From NCBI GenBank assembly GCA_937899865.1, contig CALBRH010000029.1, positions 1-14,190 of the forward strand: 14,190 bases of DNA. The letters run 5' to 3'. Positions 1 through 7,290 of this stretch are shown piece after piece. The stretch's first letter is position 1. The number at the start of each line of letters is the position of its first letter. The position numbers and the translations under genes were made by a program. The notes under the pieces are model-generated. The model saw only the letters and a program-made list of their open reading frames with translations, made no database searches and was not told where the DNA came from. The DNA is from an uncultured euryarchaeote (GTDB taxonomy: Archaea; Thermoplasmatota; Poseidoniia; Poseidoniales; Poseidoniaceae).

Positions 1-2
1 TA

Positions 3-2120
3 TTTTCTCCTCCAAATGCGACGATGACTACGGAAAAAATATTTGAAGATCCAGTAATTCAACGCCTAGACGAACAGAGTAACGATTCATCGACTTCAAA
101 TCAATTAATTGTTAGAATTTCACATGAAGATAAAGGCCCACTTACGAGTAATTTCACTAGAGTTCAACAATTATTGTACATTGAATCGATGGCTAAAAAC
201 AATCAAGAATCTAATTTTTCTTTAGATCATGAAGCCGTTTTCCTAAACCGTTTAGAATCACCAATATCGTCATGGAATAGTGCTTTTATGACTAGGAATA
301 AATCAATTGTTAATTCTTCAAGCTGGGGAGATTTACTTCAGCCAATCAATGAACAAGGATGGTGTGGAGAATATGCGAATTCAGCAGAAACCGATGCTTT
401 ACAAGCGACATTATTGATGCTTCCAAAGACTTCCAACATAGGTATTGCCTGCCCAGAATTTGCAGGAGCATCAGCATCTCAACCCCCCCAAGCAAATGAA
501 TTTCTTTGGCTAGTGTGGTTAGATTCAAGTGAAACACCAGCCGATTGGTTGGTGCTTAATGATTGGTGTAAGAAATTAAGTGAGAATTCAGAATACGATT
601 TTGAGCCTGCTGGAGTAAACATGTTATTCAAAGAATCAGAGCAAATTGCTAAACAAGATTTGAATAATATTTTACCAATCACTGCATTCATTTTATTTGG
701 TTTAATGCTACTATTTTTTAGAAATTTAAAGGTTACAATAGTGACTCTTGGCTCGGTAATTTTAGTTGTCACGGCAGTGATAGGATTTTTACAAATTTTT
801 GGCTATCAATTTTCAGTTATTGATGGAATTGCAATTCCAATAATTATGGGAGTCGCAGTTGATGGAGCATTTTGGTATAAATCATCGAGTAAATCCAAAC
901 ATGAAGTTCGCGAAATTTTGTTACTGGCTATGGCCACGACAGTAGCAGCGGTGTCTCTTGCATTATTTTCTCCAATTAAAGCACAACGAGGGCTTGCTCT
1001 TGTAATGATTACAGGAATTGTCCTTGATTGGATTTTAACTCGATATGTTTTGGAAGATTTTTATCTTGATTCTCGGAAAGCAAAAAAGGATTTCAAAGAA
1101 GAAAATTTCATGCAATTAGATGTAAAAAGATGGCTTTGGCCTTGCGGTTTAATTTTGCTAGTATTGATTGCAGCAACATCGCCGCCAGGGGTCGAAACTC
1201 TAGATATTGAACAATTTCTCCCTGAAGATAGTGATGCACTTGATGAGTTGAGCGAATTAAGAGACATTTATGTCATCGCATCAGGAACGATAGTACTTAT
1301 CACATTAGACATAGATCCAAATAATGAAAACAATATAAATGATATTTTACGATTCAAATCTCAGTTTGAACAACATCCAAATATTATCTCTTATGATACT
1401 GGAATTATACAGCAAAAGTTGATTCTTGGAGTTGGTGATAGCAAATCTTCGAATTTTTCAGCACTGGTAGAAAACACAACAGAATCGGTGATTTTACTAG
1501 ATCCTTGGTTGAGAGAAAACGGCGAAATAGTCGGTGGCTTAGTAATTGCAATTATTGATGGTGAAGATTCGGAATCCGCATATCAGTTTTCAGTTGATAC
1601 TCAAAATCTCATTCAAGATAATAATTTATCAGGCGAAATCGGTGGAGACTTAGTAACTGGCATATCATTAGCAAAATCATTTGAACAAACAAGAATTATC
1701 CAAATTTTAGCCGCAGGATTTGTAGTCTTAATTATTGCATCAAGCATGACTCGCTCATTTGATAAATCGATTAGAATTGCGGTAGGAACTATTGCTGTTG
1801 GTATTGCTGTTGATGGATTAGCAAGCCATTTCGGTGGTCGCGGGGTTAATACTGCTCCAGCAGTTCTTATTGGGATGGGATTTGCTGCCGATTATTTATC
1901 TCATGCAAGCAAGAAAATGACTTCTTGGAGATTTGATAATTATGCTAGATGGGGTGCAGCAATTACTTCAGGAACCGTTTTCTTTGTCGTATCATTTAGT
2001 CAATTTCCACCGGCAAAAAGTACGGGAATTCTTCTTTCTGTAACTATTTTGATATCAGTAATTCTTGCCTCTTGCTTGGCATTTATTTACTCAAATAATG
2101 ATTTAAATCAAGAAGAGTAG
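3..2120 (+). CDS. MMPL/RND-superfamily transporter, 5'-truncated by the window edge
   Basis: The ORF track gives 24..2120, but the frame is open back to position 3 (FSPPNAT-MTTEK). The first hydrophobic helix appears only at about aa 215, so the RND TM1 is probably upstream of the window. There are two TM bundles separated by soluble ectodomains, each with an RND TM4/TM10-like GxxxD motif (IIMGVAVDGAFWY and LIGMGFAADYLSH). An MMPL-like 'DIEQFLPEDSDA' follows the TM7-like helix. Confidence 0.8.
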   Translation, partial: FSPPNATMTTEKIFEDPVIQRLDEQSNDSSTSNQLIVRISHEDKGPLTSNFTRVQQLLYIESMAKNNQESNFSLDHEAVFLNRLESPISSWNSAFMTRNKSIVNSSSWGDLLQPINEQGWCGEYANSAETDALQATLLMLPKTSNIGIACPEFAGASASQPPQANEFLWLVWLDSSETPADWLVLNDWCKKLSENSEYDFEPAGVNMLFKESEQIAKQDLNNILPITAFILFGLMLLFFRNLKVTIVTLGSVILVVTAVIGFLQIFGYQFSVIDGIAIPIIMGVAVDGAFWYKSSSKSKHEVREILLLAMATTVAAVSLALFSPIKAQRGLALVMITGIVLDWILTRYVLEDFYLDSRKAKKDFKEENFMQLDVKRWLWPCGLILLVLIAATSPPGVETLDIEQFLPEDSDALDELSELRDIYVIASGTIVLITLDIDPNNENNINDILRFKSQFEQHPNIISYDTGIIQQKLILGVGDSKSSNFSALVENTTESVILLDPWLRENGEIVGGLVIAIIDGEDSESAYQFSVDTQNLIQDNNLSGEIGGDLVTGISLAKSFEQTRIIQILAAGFVVLIIASSMTRSFDKSIRIAVGTIAVGIAVDGLASHFGGRGVNTAPAVLIGMGFAADYLSHASKKMTSWRFDNYARWGAAITSGTVFFVVSFSQFPPAKSTGILLSVTILISVILASCLAFIYSNNDLNQEE

Positions 2121-2157
2121 GCGATAATATTATCAAAAATCGCAATCAGCAGAATTC

Positions 2158-2721
2158 ATGCACCCATTATTTGAAATGGACAATTACATAATTCAAACTA
2201 AGTTTTGGAGAATTTTTGGTGGAGCTTTTTGGTTTAAGGACTTAGAAGGAAATATTATTGCGTATTCTAAGCAGAAACGCTTCAAATTGAAAGAAGATAT
2301 CGTACTATATGCTGACTTAGAATGCACACAACCCCTTCTACAAGTTAAAGCAAGACAAATGATGGATTTGGCTGCAACTTACGATGTTATCGATCTTACT
2401 ACCAATCAACACATTGGCTCAGTCAAGCGAAAATTTCTAAAATCAATCGTTAAAGATAGCTGGAAATTACTTGATGTTGAAGGGAATCAATACGGCGAGT
2501 TAATTGAGGACAGTATTGCTATTCTACGCCGATTCATTCCACTTATTCCAGCTAAATTTCATTTCGAAATACCAGGCCACGAAGGGATTACAATCCATCA
2601 ACAATTCAATCCGATAATTAAAAAATCATTACTTACAATTCCACCAGGGCATCCGATGGATAGAAGAATGGTGGCGGCAATTACCTTGCTAAATTCAGCC
2701 ATTGAAGGCCGTCAAGGTTGA
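2158..2721 (+). CDS. LURP-one/tubby C-terminal-like (scramblase-fold) protein
   Basis: 187 aa with the repeating beta-barrel pattern I recognise from the LURP-one family: YIIQTKFWRIFGGAFWFKD-EG--IAYSKQKRFKLKEDI, ATYDVID, IGSVKRKFLKSIVKDSWKLLD, and a C-terminal hydrophobic helix DRRMVAAITLL. Confidence 0.7.
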   Translation: MHPLFEMDNYIIQTKFWRIFGGAFWFKDLEGNIIAYSKQKRFKLKEDIVLYADLECTQPLLQVKARQMMDLAATYDVIDLTTNQHIGSVKRKFLKSIVKDSWKLLDVEGNQYGELIEDSIAILRRFIPLIPAKFHFEIPGHEGITIHQQFNPIIKKSLLTIPPGHPMDRRMVAAITLLNSAIEGRQG

Positions 2722-2771
2722 GATTGATTTTCAATCAATGGTTTCATGCCTAATACTAAACTGGCTTAAGC

Positions 2772-3866
2772 GTGGCGCGTGTTGTAATCATTGGTGCTGG
2801 CATCGCAGGATTAAGCGCAGCTATACACGCAGTATCTGACGGACATCACGTTGTAGTACTCGAGAAAAAATCCAAAATTGGCGGCCGTGGAACATCACAG
2901 AATGTTGACGGTTTTTCACTACATTATGGTCCACATTTATTCGACAAATCAGGACCATTTTACAAGATGTGCAGGAAACTGAGTCGAATTAAACCTGCGA
3001 TAAAATCAATGCGGCTTGATAAAATCGAAGTTGCAGGATTTGGGCCGATAAGGCCGGTCGGAAATATCAAGCAAGCAGCTTTGAATAAACAAGCAATTCG
3101 AGCCAAACAACTAGGGAATCCATATTTTGAGTCGGTTAAATTTCTATCATCATGGGGTGTTGATGAGAATGAGGGTCGGATAAAATCGGTTTTGAAGTCA
3201 AAATTGAGTGTCTCAAATGAAGGTTGGATTGGGTTAATTGGCAGATTAGGTGCGGCACTTGACGAGGTTGGGGTTTTGATCGAGACACATTGTGAAGTTA
3301 CCGCTATCAAAGGACAACAAGTAATTCTGAAAGATGGCCGACAGGTAGAATGCGATGCAATTATTTTAGCATGCGGCATTGGTGGTACAAGGAGGATTTT
3401 ACAAACTGTTGATGAAAATATGACCGAGAATAATTTTGCTAATGTTAAAACAACCTTTGCCAGCAGTATTGAGGTTGGGCTATCATCCAAGCCAATGGCT
3501 GGAAAACAGTGTATTGTAGATTATGAAAAAAATGCAGCTATAATTGATTATACTGCAATACAACCTCGTTTAGGCATTGTTGGCTCACATCTATCTGCAA
3601 TTATGACCGGCGGTACTGATGAAGGTAGACTTGAGCGCCTTGAATCATTCCTCGACAAACAAGTTTCTGGATGGAAAAAGCACATAGTAACAGACTTAAG
3701 ACAATCAAAGATTGTTGTAGGATATTCTAATTGTATGGATTATGATTTGTTTTCAAAACACCGAATATTATTAGCAGGACCTTGGATTAAATCCAACTAT
3801 TTATTGTCTGATGCAGCGGCCGAAACAGGCAAACAAGCAGCAAAGGGATTGAAGTTACTAACTTAA
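2772..3866 (+). CDS. FAD-dependent oxidoreductase (phytoene desaturase/amine oxidase-like superfamily)
   Basis: GTG start. N-terminal Rossmann motif VVIIGAGIAGLSAA...VVVLEK, then IGGR and GFSLHYGPHLF. C-terminal FAD-contact segment ILLAGPW...LSDAAAETGKQAA. The substrate cannot be assigned. Confidence 0.8.
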   Translation: MARVVIIGAGIAGLSAAIHAVSDGHHVVVLEKKSKIGGRGTSQNVDGFSLHYGPHLFDKSGPFYKMCRKLSRIKPAIKSMRLDKIEVAGFGPIRPVGNIKQAALNKQAIRAKQLGNPYFESVKFLSSWGVDENEGRIKSVLKSKLSVSNEGWIGLIGRLGAALDEVGVLIETHCEVTAIKGQQVILKDGRQVECDAIILACGIGGTRRILQTVDENMTENNFANVKTTFASSIEVGLSSKPMAGKQCIVDYEKNAAIIDYTAIQPRLGIVGSHLSAIMTGGTDEGRLERLESFLDKQVSGWKKHIVTDLRQSKIVVGYSNCMDYDLFSKHRILLAGPWIKSNYLLSDAAAETGKQAAKGLKLLT

Positions 3867-3905
3867 TTGTGAAATGTTATTCACTGTCGGCCATGACAAA
3901 AATCC

Positions 3906-4685
3906 ATGCGCCTAGTCTCTTGGAATGTTAATGGAATTCGAGCAGCGATTAGAAAAGGCATTGACGGCTATTTTTCTTCTATTGATGCCGATATATGGAT
4001 GCTCCAAGAAGTAAGGGCTTTACCCGAACAATTACCCAAAGATTGGACTTGGCCAGATGGTTTTGAAGTCTACTTGCATGCTGCAGACAAAAAGGGCTAT
4101 TCTGGTGTTACAACATTGTCTCGTTTACCAATGGAAGTAGTTCAAACAGGAAAACCTTCAGTAATAGATCCCAATGACTCAGAGGGCAGAATAATCGTGA
4201 CCAAACACGATGAAATCACTTGCATTAACACATATTTGCCAAGCGGTTCAAGCGGCGAAGAAAGGCAACTTTACAAGGAAACATGGATGGATGAATGGCG
4301 TAAATTTTTGCAGCCTTACCTAGAATCTTCTTCACCAGTAATTGTTTGCGGCGACCTAAATGTTGCTCATACCGAGGATGATATTTGGAATCCTAAAGGC
4401 AATGCTAAGATGAGTGGTTTTCTTCCACAAGAGCGAGAGTGGTTTACCAATTTACTCGCGGATGGGTGGCATGATGTTTTCAGAGAAAAACACGGTACTG
4501 GAGTCAAGAAATACAGCTGGTGGTCAAATCGGGGCCAAGCAAGAGCCAAAGATAGAGGTTGGAGAATAGACTATTTTTTACTAAATGAAGCAGCCAACAA
4601 TTCTGTTACTGATATTAGAATTGAGCGACAGGGCGGTTTGGAGATATCAGACCATGCTCCAGTTATCTTGGATATCAATTATTGA
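3906..4685 (+). CDS. xth: Exodeoxyribonuclease III / AP endonuclease
   Basis: All ExoIII motifs are present: MRLVSWNVNGIRA, LQEV, KKGYSGV, EGR, NTYLP, CGDLNVAH, SGFLPQER, YSWW, GWRIDY, SDHAPV. Confidence 0.97.
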   Translation: MRLVSWNVNGIRAAIRKGIDGYFSSIDADIWMLQEVRALPEQLPKDWTWPDGFEVYLHAADKKGYSGVTTLSRLPMEVVQTGKPSVIDPNDSEGRIIVTKHDEITCINTYLPSGSSGEERQLYKETWMDEWRKFLQPYLESSSPVIVCGDLNVAHTEDDIWNPKGNAKMSGFLPQEREWFTNLLADGWHDVFREKHGTGVKKYSWWSNRGQARAKDRGWRIDYFLLNEAANNSVTDIRIERQGGLEISDHAPVILDINY

Positions 4686-4903
4686 TAATTTTCTTCAATA
4701 TCTGATAATGCAACCATCAATTCATCAACACTATCCCGTAAATCTTGAATCGAATCTTTTTGTACAACGATTATCAATTTCACATCTTCACCGGTTTCTA
4801 TCAAATTAGCCGAACACCCAGGTCGAGAGGCTGCTGTAAGCAAAACAGTTCCAAGGGTAGCAGGGCCAACCCATTCAATGGTTGCTCGATACGATTCGAC
4901 CAT
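4679..4903 (-). CDS. pcc1: KEOPS complex subunit Pcc1-like protein (74 aa)
   Basis: Start reassigned from 4963 to the ATG at 4903 (MVESYRATIEW), which avoids overlap with hflX. Size and C-terminus (VKLIIVVQKDSIQDLRDSVDELMVALSDIEE) match the Pcc1 pattern of a beta strand followed by a 'D/S-x-x-x-LR-x-x-v-N/D' helix. This is family recognition from memory, not an HMM result. Confidence 0.65.
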   Translation of the reverse strand: MVESYRATIEWVGPATLGTVLLTAASRPGCSANLIETGEDVKLIIVVQKDSIQDLRDSVDELMVALSDIEENYQ

Positions 4904-4955
4904 GAACACTCGAAGGGGTGGGCTGATATGAGGATGACTCTTCGCTTGTTCATGG
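4900..4955. promoter_or_regulatory. Divergent pcc1/hflX promoter region with an imperfect inverted repeat
   Basis: CCATGAACA (4900-4908) and TGTTCATGG (4947-4955), plus CGAAG (4911-4915) and CTTCG (4940-4944). TGATATGA at 4924-4931 is centred between the two start codons. Confidence 0.55.
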
Positions 4956-6328
4956 CAAAGCAAGAACCAAATTTCGAAGTTCTTGCAGGTGCAGGTGGTG
5001 TTGCTTTAGGTGAAGCAAGGACCAACCATGAGGGCAGGAAAGCCATATTATTGATTCGAGGACAGGAAGATACTACTGAATTTGAGAGCCTAATTAAGAC
5101 CATGGGAATCGTAATCGTAGAATCAATTTATCAACCTGGAGAACAAGATCCTAAAGGCTACTTTGGTAAAGGCAGATTGCAAGATGTCTCAGATGAGTTA
5201 CGTTTACGCGTATCCGGCCACCCATGGCAAGATGTAGACCTCGTATTGATTCATACCAATGCTACGCCCCGTCAATTGGTTGCGGTTAGTGATGCAACTA
5301 AAGTTGAGGTATGGGATCGCGTTCGTTTACTACTTTCCTTGTTTAATGCCCATGCAAACTCACTCGAAGCAAGAACCCAAGTGAGGATTGCACGCCTTCA
5401 ATCCGATAGAACCGTCTTGAGAGAATTAGCAAACCAAACAACTACCGGTGAACGAGCTGGTTATGGTGGCGGAGGTGTTACTGCATTACAAGCCGTAATT
5501 GCTAATGTCAATCGAGAATTAACATCTCTAAGAAAGCGCCAAAAGAAGCATTCCAAAGCCCAAGCAGAACGCCGAAGACAACGTACCCGGAGTGGCGCTG
5601 TTACTGTTGGGTTTGCTGGTTATACCAATGCTGGGAAATCAAGCCTTTTTCTCAAAATGTCAGGTAAAGAAGTGCTTGTTGAAGATAAGTTATTTTCAAC
5701 CTTGGAAACAACAGTTGGTCGTTTAGCAGCAAGCCCTAGAGTTCTGCTTGCTGATACTATTGGTTTCATAGATAATTTGCCCAGTGCTACATTGGATGCA
5801 TTTAGAGCGACCTTGTCTGAAGCATTGGAGTGCGATTTATTGGTGGTACTTGTCGATGCAACCGATCCAGTTAGAGAATTCGAACGCAAAATCTCAGCAA
5901 CACAGCGGGAAATTAATGCTAGGTATCTAAATCAGGATGAATTGGAAAATTTGGATGAGCGAAAAATAATGTGTGCATTGACTAAAATAGAATCTTTAAC
6001 AACGGAGCAATTAGCAGAAAAGAAATCTATTGTCAAACGACATGGATACTCTTCTCCATTGGCTATTTCAGTTCACCAAGAAATAGGCTTGGAGGGGTTT
6101 CAAGATGCTATGTTGAAGCAATTATTTGGCAAAACAGCCACAATTAAATTGATCAATAGTGAAACGGGAAGAAGCATTGAAGGATACCTTTCAGATGTAT
6201 ATGAGTCTGGTATGATTATAGATAAACAGTTGGAAAAAAACGGGGACATCTTGGTTGAAGTTTGGATAAATCAACAATCACTTGCTAGGCTAGTAAGTAA
6301 TTCTAATGGACGCATTGAAGTCAAGTAG
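4952..6328 (+). CDS. hflX: Ribosome-associated GTPase HflX (458 aa)
   Basis: Start reassigned to the ATG at 4952 (MAKQEPNF); the upstream 69 codons of the ORF track overlap pcc1 antisense. HflX N-domain motifs: YFGKGRLQDV, VWDRVRLLLSLF, HANSLEARTQV. G1 GYTNAGKSSL, G2 KLFSTLETT, G3 DTIGF. A C-terminal domain is present. Confidence 0.95.
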   Translation: MAKQEPNFEVLAGAGGVALGEARTNHEGRKAILLIRGQEDTTEFESLIKTMGIVIVESIYQPGEQDPKGYFGKGRLQDVSDELRLRVSGHPWQDVDLVLIHTNATPRQLVAVSDATKVEVWDRVRLLLSLFNAHANSLEARTQVRIARLQSDRTVLRELANQTTTGERAGYGGGGVTALQAVIANVNRELTSLRKRQKKHSKAQAERRRQRTRSGAVTVGFAGYTNAGKSSLFLKMSGKEVLVEDKLFSTLETTVGRLAASPRVLLADTIGFIDNLPSATLDAFRATLSEALECDLLVVLVDATDPVREFERKISATQREINARYLNQDELENLDERKIMCALTKIESLTTEQLAEKKSIVKRHGYSSPLAISVHQEIGLEGFQDAMLKQLFGKTATIKLINSETGRSIEGYLSDVYESGMIIDKQLEKNGDILVEVWINQQSLARLVSNSNGRIEVK

Positions 6329-6348
6329 GAAAAGGTTCTAGCAATTTC

Positions 6349-7233
6349 ATGGGAGAGGCCAACTCTAGCGATGACTATATCGACGAATTAACCGGTCTTG
6401 CTGAACCTTCTGGCGAACTGATGTTTACTACATCAGAATCCAAATTGACCATTGAAATCGATGAGTTGACCAAAGTAGGTAATTCAATCGCAGTGCTTAT
6501 TTTAATAACCTGTTTTTTGGGTTTAGTAAATGGTTTAGATTTTTCTCAACCAGATTCAGGATTAGTTAGGCCACATGAGTTTGTCAACACGTTTTCTAAG
6601 GCTTCTCCAGACGAATCGGCCATATTCAATGGCCATGTCTATGACCATGAAGGGGAACCAATTGATAATGCTACAGTTTACATTTCTTGGGACGAAGGAG
6701 ATTATTGGAATACAAGCTCCTCCCAAACTGATAAAGAAGGTTTTTTTGAATTAGAAAAATTAGACCCGGGCCTTACAAGAGTCGACATTATTGTCCATAG
6801 AGATAATTACAAAGATAGGTTTACTAATCGAGTATTGCTTTCTCCACCGGCTCTATTTGAGCCATACGGCTTTACTACAATTGATTTTGATGTACCGTCA
6901 CAAGAAGAATTTGCCAAACAAGATTGTGCTGACAACTCCACAAATTGTACTATAAGACAAATTGACCGGTCTCCAAGTCAAATGGACTATCCTTTGATGG
7001 ACCCTAGCGTTTCAATGATTTACTCTACTCTTGGTGTTGGTTTCATTGGTTTGTCATTATTGTCGGCAGGTTTTACTGTTTGGGCGATGAAAACAGGTTC
7101 GGTTTACATTCTTAGGACTGCATCAGTATTGTCATTTTTCACCGTAGGCCACTATTATTCAGCATGTTTATTCAGTCTTGTTGCATTCGTTTTGACATTC
7201 ACTATTAGCAAGCCAAGAAAAGAGATTAATTGA
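6349..7233 (+). CDS. Membrane protein with an extracellular carboxypeptidase-regulatory-like (prealbumin-fold) domain
   Basis: One N-terminal TM (IAVLILITCFLGLVNGL). A domain with FNGHVYDHEGEPIDNATVYI...SQTDKEGFFELEKLDPGLTRVDI, typical of CarboxypepD_reg. Then 2-3 C-terminal TM helices. Confidence 0.7.
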   Translation: MGEANSSDDYIDELTGLAEPSGELMFTTSESKLTIEIDELTKVGNSIAVLILITCFLGLVNGLDFSQPDSGLVRPHEFVNTFSKASPDESAIFNGHVYDHEGEPIDNATVYISWDEGDYWNTSSSQTDKEGFFELEKLDPGLTRVDIIVHRDNYKDRFTNRVLLSPPALFEPYGFTTIDFDVPSQEEFAKQDCADNSTNCTIRQIDRSPSQMDYPLMDPSVSMIYSTLGVGFIGLSLLSAGFTVWAMKTGSVYILRTASVLSFFTVGHYYSACLFSLVAFVLTFTISKPRKEIN

Positions 7234-7290
7234 TAGTATTTTGAGCAATCATCCACTTGTATTATCATATTGAACATGCTAAGGCCGTTC

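Noticed and set aside
2723-2739. Small hairpin ATTGATT-ttc-AATCAAT after the LURP-like gene
   Set aside because: The stem is AT-only and weak with no following U-tract, which is not enough to call a terminator.
2960-3490. 176-aa minus-strand ORF
   Set aside because: It lies entirely antisense to the FAD oxidoreductase and has no recognisable motif, so it is a shadow ORF.
4745-4951. 69-codon N-terminal extension of the hflX ORF
   Set aside because: It overlaps pcc1 antisense, does not resemble HflX, and has an atypical Cys/Ser/Arg-rich composition. ATG 4952 fits the promoter geometry.
4904-4963. 20-codon extension of the pcc1 ORF to 4963
   Set aside because: It would run across the divergent promoter and into the hflX start. 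ATG 4903 gives a typical Pcc1 size.
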